This document shows, piece after piece, positions 10,540 to 20,548 of a stretch of 64,000 bases of DNA (positions within the stretch are counted from its first letter, which is position 1; each line of letters begins with the position of its first letter). The DNA is taken from positions 1 through 64,000 of IMG/VR virus record IMGVR_UViG_2847060657_000007; one strand, written 5' to 3'. Position numbers and translations under genes: made by a program. This DNA comes from a virus. Its lineage: Duplodnaviria > Caudoviricetes. Under the pieces are notes generated by a model that saw nothing but the letters and a program-made list of their open reading frames with translations, did not search any database and was not told where the DNA came from.

Positions 10540-11268
10540 TTAGTCTTTGTATATTTCTTGTCTTAACCTCTTCCTTAACTGCGATAAATCTTTGGATTGA
10601 CAATATTGCATAACCTTTTTATTAGTGGATTTTTGCCAGCCTATATCTTGGAACTGGTATGCGTCGTAATTTTGTCCGTTTGATGTGCAGCAGGCATAGT
10701 GACCAACTAAAGCCTTGCATTGCAGATTATCTATAAAAGCTTCCTCGATATCAGATTGGGGTAAAAAATTTACAATATCGACATAATTAAGATACGATTT
10801 TTCGCCTGTGTGTGGAAGTTTTTGAAATACTGCATCAACACCATTTATGCCCATATCAAAGTATACTTTCTCTTTATTTGCCAAAATAACATTTGATTGT
10901 TTTGGCATCCAAAATACGGATAAACTTGATGGATTGGGAAATTTTGTATTATTATCATAAAGTTCTATCGCTCCGTTATCTCTAATCCCAACCAAAAAAA
11001 TACCATCTTTCACAACATATAATTCGTTTGGATTTTTTGAATTTAATAACATATCGAACTCCCCATAGTGATGTATTAGGTAATTGTCATAGCGACTATT
11101 ACCATTCACAATCATATTCTCATCATTAATTTTTTTAATGATTTCCTGATTTAATCCAATACTATTTAAATCTGCCTGATCTGCATAATGCAATAAAGAT
11201 ATATTTTCATAATTTCTGCAACTCACCAATAATAAAAACACACCAACAATAAACAAAGATTTTATCAT
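10540..11268 (-). CDS. Lipoprotein, putative immunity to the VgrG1 C-terminal domain
   Basis: Start reassigned to MIKSLFIVGVFLLLVSC (lipobox); lies 11 nt downstream of the vgrG stop. Confidence 0.65.
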   Translation of the reverse strand: MIKSLFIVGVFLLLVSCRNYENISLLHYADQADLNSIGLNQEIIKKINDENMIVNGNSRYDNYLIHHYGEFDMLLNSKNPNELYVVKDGIFLVGIRDNGAIELYDNNTKFPNPSSLSVFWMPKQSNVILANKEKVYFDMGINGVDAVFQKLPHTGEKSYLNYVDIVNFLPQSDIEEAFIDNLQCKALVGHYACCTSNGQNYDAYQFQDIGWQKSTNKKVMQYCQSKDLSQLRKRLRQEIYKD

Positions 11269-11279
11269 AAAAACACTCA

Positions 11280-14200
11280 CTACTTCTTGGTGGTACAAAT
11301 TTTCCAAACCTCTCTTTGTGGAGACATACCTTGAGAATTAGTCTCACTCCAATTAGAGCCATTGTATTTTTGAACCAACTTTTCCCAATCAATAAGTTGT
11401 CTACAACGAGTATAGCCCTGTACAGAAGTTAATTTTGTAGTTGGTCTTAACTCGCCCAGTTGCACAAAATATTGATAGTCTTTCTGTAATTCGCCATCTA
11501 AAGCACTACTAATACCAATTGCACCATTAGCTGCACCTATTCCCGCACTAATGATGCCTCCATTAGTATTGCTCATACCTCTGGTTCCTGCCGTTACTGC
11601 AGCATCGGCACCCCTATCTTGAGCATTTGATTTTTGATCTGCGTCCCACCATTCCATAAACTTGTTCCACCAAGAATCATCATCACTCCCAAGCCACTCA
11701 CACTCTTCATCTTCATCAGGATTGCAAGCAACATTCTCTGGATCGCCATCAAAATCTGTTTCGACCAACTCCAAGCCCCAATCGGCATCTTTAAAACCAA
11801 TAAAGACATCAATTTCTTCTTGATCCTCAGACATGATGGTGCCGGTTCGACCATGTTCATCCAAGACTCCTTCAATAAGCTGACCTGAGCCAAGATGAGC
11901 AACATATTCAATCTCATCAAAGCTATATTGATGAAACAAGTCATACACATCCACTTTATTGCTAAAAGGTTTAACAATATGGGGTAAATTAGGCAACCTA
12001 AACGGCACCCTCTCACCCCCCTCCATCACCTTCTCATTACTCTTGACTTGAAACACCCCAGGTGTTGTGATAAACACGCCTTGTTCGTTCATTTTAAACT
12101 CAGAACCACAGATGTTGATGGATAATTGAGTGGGGCTTGTGATTTGGATTTTACCTTCTGTTGAGATAATCTCTATGTTGTCTTTGGCGATGTGTTTGAT
12201 TTGACCATCTTGAGCTTGTAGTTCTATGTCGTCTTTGGCGGTGTAGTGCTTAATGCCTCCTGTTTGGACAAAGACTCTGATGCCGTTTTGGACGGTTAGG
12301 TTATATTTTGAGGTGGTGGCAAGGCTTAGGTCTTTGTTTGTGGTGATGGCAAGGTTGTTGTCGGTGGTGATGTGAATGTTTTGTTTGGCAGTCAGACTCA
12401 TGCCCGCCAGTGAGGCAAGGGCAATATGTGGGTTTGATAGCTCTGGATGACTTAGGGTGTCATCTGAGTCGTCATCATGGTGATTGGCATGGTCTACACC
12501 CTCCCCTGTCATGCTTGTGTTAAGCTCATCTAAGGTGGGCATGAGCGTGTCATCCAAGGCTCGCTCTTCGCATTGTGCTTGGATGCTACTTTGTATGAGT
12601 GATGAGTGGGTGCTTGTGGCATTCTGTAGCTGAGCTGTGGTCTCTTTAATGTCTTTGATGTGACTTGTGGCATGTGGCCTCCCATGCGTGGTAATCACCA
12701 TGCCTTTATCTGCTCTTATCACCCCATGTCCATCAGTTCTTACCTCAAAGCCCTCGCCTCGGTATTCACCTCGTCCTTGGGGGGTGGTAAGACGTCTGAT
12801 GTGTCCTAGGTTAATCTCGGTGTGTAGGTGGTCGGATTTTAGGTGGGTTTGGAGTTTGTCTTTAGTGTCATCCATGATGAGTTGGTTGGATTTGTCTCCC
12901 CCATACTCTTTGGAGCGGATGCCAGAGAGGACTTTTTCATGAGGGAGGGTGTATAGAGGCATGTTGTTTGGATTGGTCAAAGAGCCTGCCACATAGGGCA
13001 TGTCAGGATTGCCTCCAAAGAAGTCAATGATGACCTCTTGGCCTGCTCTGGGCAGTGCAATGTGCCCATAGTGATCTCCTGCCCAGGTACTGGCGACACG
13101 AAGATAGCAGGTGTTTATCTGACTTAGGTCATCTTTGTCATCACCGGTGCGATTGTCTACAAGGTGTCTTTGGGCGAGTGTGGGTTTGTCCCAGTGGAAC
13201 TTAACTTTGATGCGACCGTATTGGTCGGTGTGTATCTCTTCACCTTCTTGGGCGACGACAGTGGCGGTTTGGGTGCGGGCAGGGGGTCTTGGGCAGGGGG
13301 TTGTGGGTACAAGCGGATGTGTGGCAGGGTATGCAGTAAAGCTTGTATCAGCGGTGTAGTACTGATGGGTGTTGTTGTCTTCATCGATGGGTTTGATGCT
13401 CATCTGTAAGGCGTAGACGACCCAGTCGGTATTCATGCTTTGATGAGGGTGACCTGTTAGGGTAAATAAGTGGGCAACCTGTATGCCCTTTAGTCTGCCA
13501 TGTGCGGTGGCACTTAGGCTTTGATGCCGATAAGCGGCGGTGAGCTGTTCGTTTTTTGTGGCTAGCTCATCACCCCCTGCTCGTCTGCCTTGATGCCATT
13601 CATAGCGTTGTAGGTGATGGATGAGTGCTTGATGTGGTTTGTGTGTGTCAGTTTGCACCCCTTTTATGGTATCATGAGCCATTAGGGGTTCATTAGGGGC
13701 TTTAAACTGATAATCAGATAAGAGACTTTGGGCACAGGTCAGTCTGCTTTTGGGGGTAAAGTGTTCTAGGTATTCAGCATACGCTGGCATACGCTGATTG
13801 GGCAGGTTGAGTGTTAGGGTGTCATAAAAGGGATTGGCGTGTCTTTTTAGGTGACTGACATGGTCGGTGATGATTAGGGTGTGATTGTCTTTGGTGTGTT
13901 CAAAGTAAAAGCTGATGCCATGCTCACTCATAAGGCGAGTGATGAATGCGTGGTCTGATTCGTCATATTGGGTTTGGTAGTCTTGTTTAGGATAGTCATG
14001 GGTGAGTTCAAACTGCCAAGGATAAGGGTAGCAGGATAACACCTCTTCGATGATTTGTGGGATGGATTTGTGTTGGTGGATGTGATAGTTATTTGTTTTG
14101 GTGAGTAGGTAAGTCCATGGAGATAAGGTGAGTTCATAGACGGCATGCCTGTTGTGTGTGGTGAGTTTGGCACAGCCGGTGATGATGCCATGTCTTGTGA

Positions 14201-14573
14201 CTTGTCCTGTGATGGTCCTATCATCGATGGGGTGTTTGTCATTTAAGTCAAGGGATATGCCTAAGGGCGTGCCGATGAGGGCGGTTAGGTCTAAGTGAGA
14301 GGCGACGCTTTGGTAGGAGATGGTGTCTTGGTGGGGGGTAGCCTCTTTGGGGTGGATGATACTGCCATGATAAGCTTCAAAACTGACATAACCTTCTAGT
14401 CCCTCTATACCATGGGCAGGGTTGCCATGTTCGTCTTTGGCTTTGACGATGAGTTTGTATTCAAACAGTCCGTTGATACTCTCTACCCCTTGTAAGCTGT
14501 CGAACCATAGATAAGGAGTGCCAGATACACTTTTGGGCAGATAAACAGAGTGTAGATGAGCACGATGGTTCAT
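11280..14573 (-). CDS. vgrG: T6SS spike VgrG (copy 1), evolved form with DUF2345 region, tip and ~150-aa unknown C-terminal extension
   Basis: QYDESDHAFITRLMSEHGI, TDQYGRIKVKFHWD, LPRAGQEVIIDFFGGNPDMPYV, TEINLGH, GEGFEVRTDGHGVIRADKGM; extension follows an acidic linker. Confidence 0.95.
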   Translation of the reverse strand: MNHRAHLHSVYLPKSVSGTPYLWFDSLQGVESINGLFEYKLIVKAKDEHGNPAHGIEGLEGYVSFEAYHGSIIHPKEATPHQDTISYQSVASHLDLTALIGTPLGISLDLNDKHPIDDRTITGQVTRHGIITGCAKLTTHNRHAVYELTLSPWTYLLTKTNNYHIHQHKSIPQIIEEVLSCYPYPWQFELTHDYPKQDYQTQYDESDHAFITRLMSEHGISFYFEHTKDNHTLIITDHVSHLKRHANPFYDTLTLNLPNQRMPAYAEYLEHFTPKSRLTCAQSLLSDYQFKAPNEPLMAHDTIKGVQTDTHKPHQALIHHLQRYEWHQGRRAGGDELATKNEQLTAAYRHQSLSATAHGRLKGIQVAHLFTLTGHPHQSMNTDWVVYALQMSIKPIDEDNNTHQYYTADTSFTAYPATHPLVPTTPCPRPPARTQTATVVAQEGEEIHTDQYGRIKVKFHWDKPTLAQRHLVDNRTGDDKDDLSQINTCYLRVASTWAGDHYGHIALPRAGQEVIIDFFGGNPDMPYVAGSLTNPNNMPLYTLPHEKVLSGIRSKEYGGDKSNQLIMDDTKDKLQTHLKSDHLHTEINLGHIRRLTTPQGRGEYRGEGFEVRTDGHGVIRADKGMVITTHGRPHATSHIKDIKETTAQLQNATSTHSSLIQSSIQAQCEERALDDTLMPTLDELNTSMTGEGVDHANHHDDDSDDTLSHPELSNPHIALASLAGMSLTAKQNIHITTDNNLAITTNKDLSLATTSKYNLTVQNGIRVFVQTGGIKHYTAKDDIELQAQDGQIKHIAKDNIEIISTEGKIQITSPTQLSINICGSEFKMNEQGVFITTPGVFQVKSNEKVMEGGERVPFRLPNLPHIVKPFSNKVDVYDLFHQYSFDEIEYVAHLGSGQLIEGVLDEHGRTGTIMSEDQEEIDVFIGFKDADWGLELVETDFDGDPENVACNPDEDEECEWLGSDDDSWWNKFMEWWDADQKSNAQDRGADAAVTAGTRGMSNTNGGIISAGIGAANGAIGISSALDGELQKDYQYFVQLGELRPTTKLTSVQGYTRCRQLIDWEKLVQKYNGSNWSETNSQGMSPQREVWKICTTKK

Positions 14574-14685
14574 GGGGGTATCTCCTTATGGGCAAGATGT
14601 CATGTGTGTGATGTGTGTGGTATATATTTCTGGGCTGTGTTGAACAGGCATGCAGGGTTAATGAGAATGATTTAGGAGTGATTGG

Positions 14686-14718
14686 ATTTTAGCATGGGGG
14701 GTGGGAGGGGTCAAGGGG
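14686..14718 (-). promoter_or_regulatory. Consensus sigma70 promoter of vgrG overlapping a G-quadruplex motif; same element at 20410, 26330, 31643 and 37385
   Basis: Minus strand TTGACC-N17-TAAAAT with extended -10 TG; plus strand reads GGGGGG-T-GGG-A-GGGG-TCAA-GGGG. Confidence 0.75.
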
Positions 14719-14824
14719 ACAAGTGTCCAATCTAGATGTTTTTAAGATAGGAAGTGTCTGAGTTTGGGTGCTTGGGAGTAAAAACACAGCTGGAAGCTGT
14801 GTTTTTTGGGGTGTGTTTAACGGA

Positions 14825-15817
14825 TTATTTTTTTGCATTGGCGAGGATTTCTTCTGGGATGAGACTGATGCCATGCTCTGTGAGTTTGTACCAAACATAA
14901 GCCTGTGATTTAGATAAGTGACTTGGGGTTGGGTAAATGGGTGATACATCACCGATGTTTAGGTAGATGACTTTTTTAGTCATGCGGTCTTGGTAATAAC
15001 CCGATACAGTCGCAGGTTGTCCTTCTTGGATGATGCAGGTTTCATCGTATTTGGGTGAGGTGGTTGGTGGGCTATTTTGAGAGGCAACAAAGGCGGCAGC
15101 ACTCTCTGGGGTGATGCCAAGATTGTCTACCACCCTGTTAATGTCCATCATAATCTCAAAGGGTTCTAACTGCGTGATAAAGTTAATATATTCAAAGATA
15201 TTAACCTTTTGGACATTTTGCAGAAGTTGCTTACCACCCAAGGCGATGGCTGGTACAAAGGCATACATCTCATCTTCTTTGAGTTTGCCATAACTGGCAA
15301 GACAGCGGTTAAAGAGAGGGGTGTGGTGGATGTCTCTTTTGTCATAGAGTTTTTTATCTTTGTATGCATCAACACTGACAGCTACGGTTGAGCTAATAGC
15401 TTGGTCTCTTTGTGTTAATTGGCGATTATCTTTAATGGTTGGAAAAATACGAATATAATCTAAATGGATGCCTAGACGAGAAGTGGTATGTCGACCCATT
15501 ACTTCCAAAGTCCCAAACGCCGTTCTACCCAGCACATACCAATCATCGTGGGCATAAAAGGGCGTGGGTTTTAAAATCTCATCCAGCAGGTCAGCATAAT
15601 CATCAGGATTCACAAGCCAAAATCCGCCATCATCAAAACAAGCAAAGCCGATTTGTTCCCAAAGATACCATAAAGGTCTTGGAAAAAAATCACCATAGGT
15701 CTTGATAAAGGCTTGGGTGGGTTTGGCACCTGTTTCTATTTCAACCTTTTCTTCTTCAAGCCAATACTCTATTGCTTCATCAACTTCTTTTTTGGCATCT
15801 AATTCTAACGCTTGCAT
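14825..15817 (-). CDS. Tdi1-like immunity protein (GAD-like + DUF1851) with extra C-terminal domain
   Basis: LWEQIGF..FDDGGFWLVNPDDY (GAD-like); YGKLKEDEMYAFVPAIALGG (DUF1851); TAATG coupling to the upstream DNase. Confidence 0.85.
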   Translation of the reverse strand: MQALELDAKKEVDEAIEYWLEEEKVEIETGAKPTQAFIKTYGDFFPRPLWYLWEQIGFACFDDGGFWLVNPDDYADLLDEILKPTPFYAHDDWYVLGRTAFGTLEVMGRHTTSRLGIHLDYIRIFPTIKDNRQLTQRDQAISSTVAVSVDAYKDKKLYDKRDIHHTPLFNRCLASYGKLKEDEMYAFVPAIALGGKQLLQNVQKVNIFEYINFITQLEPFEIMMDINRVVDNLGITPESAAAFVASQNSPPTTSPKYDETCIIQEGQPATVSGYYQDRMTKKVIYLNIGDVSPIYPTPSHLSKSQAYVWYKLTEHGISLIPEEILANAKK

Positions 15818-17493
15818 TATTTACACCTTTGTAGTTTAACATTCATACGGGTTTGGGTTTTGTCTGTGTCAGCTGGCAGGTCTGCCACGGCTTTGTCAAT
15901 GGCATCTATTCGGGTGAGTTTACGATTGGTCTTATCTATTGTATCATCTTTTGGTTTTTTAATCCATAATGTGCCGATTGATGAATTGACACTTTTTAAC
16001 CCCATCTCCATCGGCACTTTACTGCGACCACCACCGGCCACTTGATCAGGATTATGCAGAGCGGCTAGCGTGCCCATTATATTATTAGTGGTTTCTTGGG
16101 ATTTTTGTTTGGCTTCTGTTTTTGACATACCGCTTTTCTTATACCGCTCATTGTAAAGTTCCAGCAAATATTGTTCATATTCTTCTCTCGTCTGTCTCTG
16201 ATCCAAACCATTGCCACGACCATTTGCCTTAAAGTCATTGCGTGATTGTTCATACTCTGCCACCGTCAAACTGTTAATACCATCTTCTTGGAGTTTTAAT
16301 TGTCTGTCGGTTTCTTGGTTTAAGTATTCATCTACGGTTAATTTGCTTGAGCCTGGTGGATGATCATTTGCAATATTCATTTTTGCTTGACGTCTAGCAT
16401 CTCTTGAATTCACTCTTTTAAAACAACCAACTTTTGTTAACCTCATTGATGTTATGGTAATCTTCTGACTAGGCTGTTGGTGTGTTGCTTTTGTGGGGGC
16501 ATTAGGATTACCGCCAATGTGAATTTCATGCTTAATTCCCTCCATTGCCAAACCGTGTTGAGCAAACAACTCATCTATGCGTGATTGCGTTTGTTCTAGT
16601 ATTTCATCAATATATTTGTTAATTTGCAAAGCAATGTCATCAATCTGTGTGGCAAGTTGAGTCATTTTCGATTGCAGTGACGTTGGGATATTTTTGTATC
16701 CATCTTTTAATTCATAAGAAAACCTATGCAAATATTTCTGAATAGATTCTTTAGCTTTATCTGCATATCCTTGCCAAGGTTTGGTTTGTAGCCATGCAAT
16801 CGGATTGTCCCCCCAAGGAATCTTATCGCCTGCACCAATACGTCTTAGATATGATTCACAGCTTTCCATAATTTGCTTTAGAGTATTAATATCTTTGACT
16901 TCTTTATGTCTAATTATTTTTACCAAAGATTTAAGCACTGAACCAATAAAGGGTATAATGCCAATTGCAGTCAGTGCTAAATTAAACCAATTTTCTAAAT
17001 TTTCCCTTTCGTTTTCATTTGTTAAAATCAATACATTAGCGATAAAATCCCTAACATCTGACACTTGATCAGCAACAGGAATAATACTGATAAGACTTGA
17101 TATGATGGTCTGACTAAGGGTTGGAGTTCTATTAAAGTCTCCAATAATTGCACCCCAAGCAAAAGATACCCATTCAGTAATCTTACCCCATACGCCATAC
17201 AGTCCATTTAATATTTCTACCAAATCAGACATAGCTTCTTCGTGTAATGCTTGCATTTCATTAGTAAGATTACTAAGTCCAGCCTGATTTTTGGAAATAC
17301 TAACAATGTCAAATAGCCTCTTACCAAGATCACTATCATGGATTAGTTGAACACCAACATTACTACCTAAATATTTTTCTAAGTACTCAGATGATTGATT
17401 AAACTCATACTTAATATAATCAGAACGATTATTGATATTTGTCCAAAAATTTCGGTTAGCCAACTCTCTGTCATTATCTTGAATATCACTCAT
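15817..17493 (-). CDS. Tde1-like DNase effector (Ntox15, HxxD)
   Basis: RQLKLQEDGINSLTVAEY and LAALHNPDQVAGG (HxxD); N-terminal hydrophobic GDFN.TPT..Q..IP..DQ..DVRD segment; directly downstream of vgrG. Confidence 0.85.
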   Translation of the reverse strand: MSDIQDNDRELANRNFWTNINNRSDYIKYEFNQSSEYLEKYLGSNVGVQLIHDSDLGKRLFDIVSISKNQAGLSNLTNEMQALHEEAMSDLVEILNGLYGVWGKITEWVSFAWGAIIGDFNRTPTLSQTIISSLISIIPVADQVSDVRDFIANVLILTNENERENLENWFNLALTAIGIIPFIGSVLKSLVKIIRHKEVKDINTLKQIMESCESYLRRIGAGDKIPWGDNPIAWLQTKPWQGYADKAKESIQKYLHRFSYELKDGYKNIPTSLQSKMTQLATQIDDIALQINKYIDEILEQTQSRIDELFAQHGLAMEGIKHEIHIGGNPNAPTKATHQQPSQKITITSMRLTKVGCFKRVNSRDARRQAKMNIANDHPPGSSKLTVDEYLNQETDRQLKLQEDGINSLTVAEYEQSRNDFKANGRGNGLDQRQTREEYEQYLLELYNERYKKSGMSKTEAKQKSQETTNNIMGTLAALHNPDQVAGGGRSKVPMEMGLKSVNSSIGTLWIKKPKDDTIDKTNRKLTRIDAIDKAVADLPADTDKTQTRMNVKLQRCK

Positions 17494-17504
17494 CTTATTT
17501 ATCC

Positions 17505-20297
17505 TTACTTCTGTGTTGCCAACTCATATTCAACCGTTGCCTCTCCTATTGGAGCATTTTTGATAACTGCCTGACCTTTTTCGTTTAAAATACCTGTTTT
17601 TTGTGAGCCATCTGCGAATGTAACTGTATATTTCGCTCCATAGATAGGTGTTCCATCGGCATGCAGATATTCCAAAACCAGATCGGATGGGTCAATCTTG
17701 ACGTTTGGCAAGGTTGGGATTTTTAAGCTCACCCTCTCACCCCCCTCCATCACCTTCTCATTACTCTTGACTTGAAACACCCCAGGTGTTGTGATAAACA
17801 CGCCTTGTTCGTTCATTTTAAACTCAGAACCACAGATGTTGATGGATAATTGAGTGGGGCTTGTGATTTGGATTTTACCTTCTGTTGAGATAATCTCTAT
17901 GTTGTCTTTGGCGATGTGTTTGATTTGACCATCTTGAGCTTGTAGTTCTATGTCGTCTTTGGCGGTGTAGTGCTTAATGCCTCCTGTTTGGACAAAGACT
18001 CTGATGCCGTTTTGGACGGTTAGGTTATATTTTGAGGTGGTGGCAAGGCTTAGGTCTTTGTTTGTGGTGATGGCAAGGTTGTTGTCGGTGGTGATGTGAA
18101 TGTTTTGTTTGGCAGTCAGACTCATGCCCGCCAGTGAGGCAAGGGCAATATGTGGGTTTGATAGCTCTGGATGACTTAGGGTGTCATCTGAGTCGTCATC
18201 ATGGTGATTGGCATGGTCTACACCCTCCCCTGTCATGCTTGTGTTAAGCTCATCTAAGGTGGGCATGAGCGTGTCATCCAAGGCTCGCTCTTCGCATTGT
18301 GCTTGGATGCTACTTTGTATGAGTGATGAGTGGGTGCTTGTGGCATTCTGTAGCTGAGCTGTGGTCTCTTTAATGTCTTTGATGTGACTTGTGGCATGTG
18401 GCCTCCCATGCGTGGTAATCACCATGCCTTTATCTGCTCTTATCACCCCATGTCCATCAGTTCTTACCTCAAAGCCCTCGCCTCGGTATTCACCTCGTCC
18501 TTGGGGGGTGGTAAGACGTCTGATGTGTCCTAGGTTAATCTCGGTGTGTAGGTGGTCGGATTTTAGGTGGGTTTGGAGTTTGTCTTTAGTGTCATCCATG
18601 ATGAGTTGGTTGGATTTGTCTCCCCCATACTCTTTGGAGCGGATGCCAGAGAGGACTTTTTCATGAGGGAGGGTGTATAGAGGCATGTTGTTTGGATTGG
18701 TCAAAGAGCCTGCCACATAGGGCATGTCAGGATTGCCTCCAAAGAAGTCAATGATGACCTCTTGGCCTGCTCTGGGCAGTGCAATGTGCCCATAGTGATC
18801 TCCTGCCCAGGTACTGGCGACACGAAGATAGCAGGTGTTTATCTGACTTAGGTCATCTTTGTCATCACCGGTGCGATTGTCTACAAGGTGTCTTTGGGCG
18901 AGTGTGGGTTTGTCCCAGTGGAACTTAACTTTGATGCGACCGTATTGGTCGGTGTGTATCTCTTCACCTTCTTGGGCGACGACAGTGGCGGTTTGGGTGC
19001 GGGCAGGGGGTCTTGGGCAGGGGGTTGTGGGTACAAGCGGATGTGTGGCAGGGTATGCAGTAAAGCTTGTATCAGCGGTGTAGTACTGATGGGTGTTGTT
19101 GTCTTCATCGATGGGTTTGATGCTCATCTGTAAGGCGTAGACGACCCAGTCGGTATTCATGCTTTGATGAGGGTGACCTGTTAGGGTAAATAAGTGGGCA
19201 ACCTGTATGCCCTTTAGTCTGCCATGTGCGGTGGCACTTAGGCTTTGATGCCGATAAGCGGCGGTGAGCTGTTCGTTTTTTGTGGCTAGCTCATCACCCC
19301 CTGCTCGTCTGCCTTGATGCCATTCATAGCGTTGTAGGTGATGGATGAGTGCTTGATGTGGTTTGTGTGTGTCAGTTTGCACCCCTTTTATGGTATCATG
19401 AGCCATTAGGGGTTCATTAGGGGCTTTAAACTGATAATCAGATAAGAGACTTTGGGCACAGGTCAGTCTGCTTTTGGGGGTAAAGTGTTCTAGGTATTCA
19501 GCATACGCTGGCATACGCTGATTGGGCAGGTTGAGTGTTAGGGTGTCATAAAAGGGATTGGCGTGTCTTTTTAGGTGACTGACATGGTCGGTGATGATTA
19601 GGGTGTGATTGTCTTTGGTGTGTTCAAAGTAAAAGCTGATGCCATGCTCACTCATAAGGCGAGTGATGAATGCGTGGTCTGATTCGTCATATTGGGTTTG
19701 GTAGTCTTGTTTAGGATAGTCATGGGTGAGTTCAAACTGCCAAGGATAAGGGTAGCAGGATAACACCTCTTCGATGATTTGTGGGATGGATTTGTGTTGG
19801 TGGATGTGATAGTTATTTGTTTTGGTGAGTAGGTAAGTCCATGGAGATAAGGTGAGTTCATAGACGGCATGCCTGTTGTGTGTGGTGAGTTTGGCACAGC
19901 CGGTGATGATGCCATGTCTTGTGACTTGTCCTGTGATGGTCCTATCATCGATGGGGTGTTTGTCATTTAAGTCAAGGGATATGCCTAAGGGCGTGCCGAT
20001 GAGGGCGGTTAGGTCTAAGTGAGAGGCGACGCTTTGGTAGGAGATGGTGTCTTGGTGGGGGGTAGCCTCTTTGGGGTGGATGATACTGCCATGATAAGCT
20101 TCAAAACTGACATAACCTTCTAGTCCCTCTATACCATGGGCAGGGTTGCCATGTTCGTCTTTGGCTTTGACGATGAGTTTGTATTCAAACAGTCCGTTGA
20201 TACTCTCTACCCCTTGTAAGCTGTCGAACCATAGATAAGGAGTGCCAGATACACTTTTGGGCAGATAAACAGAGTGTAGATGAGCACGATGGTTCAT
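17505..20297 (-). CDS. vgrG: VgrG (copy 2) with transthyretin-like tip
   Basis: Identical to copy 1 up to ...KVMEGGERV; tip DGTPIYGAKYTVTFADGSQKTGILNEKG. Confidence 0.95.
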   Translation of the reverse strand: MNHRAHLHSVYLPKSVSGTPYLWFDSLQGVESINGLFEYKLIVKAKDEHGNPAHGIEGLEGYVSFEAYHGSIIHPKEATPHQDTISYQSVASHLDLTALIGTPLGISLDLNDKHPIDDRTITGQVTRHGIITGCAKLTTHNRHAVYELTLSPWTYLLTKTNNYHIHQHKSIPQIIEEVLSCYPYPWQFELTHDYPKQDYQTQYDESDHAFITRLMSEHGISFYFEHTKDNHTLIITDHVSHLKRHANPFYDTLTLNLPNQRMPAYAEYLEHFTPKSRLTCAQSLLSDYQFKAPNEPLMAHDTIKGVQTDTHKPHQALIHHLQRYEWHQGRRAGGDELATKNEQLTAAYRHQSLSATAHGRLKGIQVAHLFTLTGHPHQSMNTDWVVYALQMSIKPIDEDNNTHQYYTADTSFTAYPATHPLVPTTPCPRPPARTQTATVVAQEGEEIHTDQYGRIKVKFHWDKPTLAQRHLVDNRTGDDKDDLSQINTCYLRVASTWAGDHYGHIALPRAGQEVIIDFFGGNPDMPYVAGSLTNPNNMPLYTLPHEKVLSGIRSKEYGGDKSNQLIMDDTKDKLQTHLKSDHLHTEINLGHIRRLTTPQGRGEYRGEGFEVRTDGHGVIRADKGMVITTHGRPHATSHIKDIKETTAQLQNATSTHSSLIQSSIQAQCEERALDDTLMPTLDELNTSMTGEGVDHANHHDDDSDDTLSHPELSNPHIALASLAGMSLTAKQNIHITTDNNLAITTNKDLSLATTSKYNLTVQNGIRVFVQTGGIKHYTAKDDIELQAQDGQIKHIAKDNIEIISTEGKIQITSPTQLSINICGSEFKMNEQGVFITTPGVFQVKSNEKVMEGGERVSLKIPTLPNVKIDPSDLVLEYLHADGTPIYGAKYTVTFADGSQKTGILNEKGQAVIKNAPIGEATVEYELATQK

Positions 20298-20548
20298 GGG
20301 GGTATCTCCTTATGGGCAAGATGTCATGTGTGTGATGTGTGTGGTATATATTTCTGGGCTGTGTTGAACAGGCATGCAGGGTTAATGAGAATGATTTAGG
20401 AGTGATTGGATTTTAGCATGGGGGGTGGGAGGGGTCAAGGGGACAAGTGTCCAATCTAGATGTTTTTAAGATAGGAAGTGTCTGAGTTTGGGTGCTTGGG
20501 AGTAAAAACACAGCTGGAAGCTGTGTTTTTTGGGGTGTGTTTAACGGA

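Noticed and set aside
12667-14242. Small ORFs repeated within each vgrG (91, 74, 75, 81, 104 aa) and the 87-aa ORF over the promoter
   Set aside because: Shadow frames that recur only because the DNA is duplicated; no independent coding signal.
14581-14640. TG-rich microsatellite (ATGTGTGTG x2) in the vgrG leader
   Set aside because: Short, invariant across copies, no evidence of length variation.
14696-14701. Phase variation by poly-G slippage in the vgrG promoter spacer
   Set aside because: The tract is only G6 and has the same length in all five copies.
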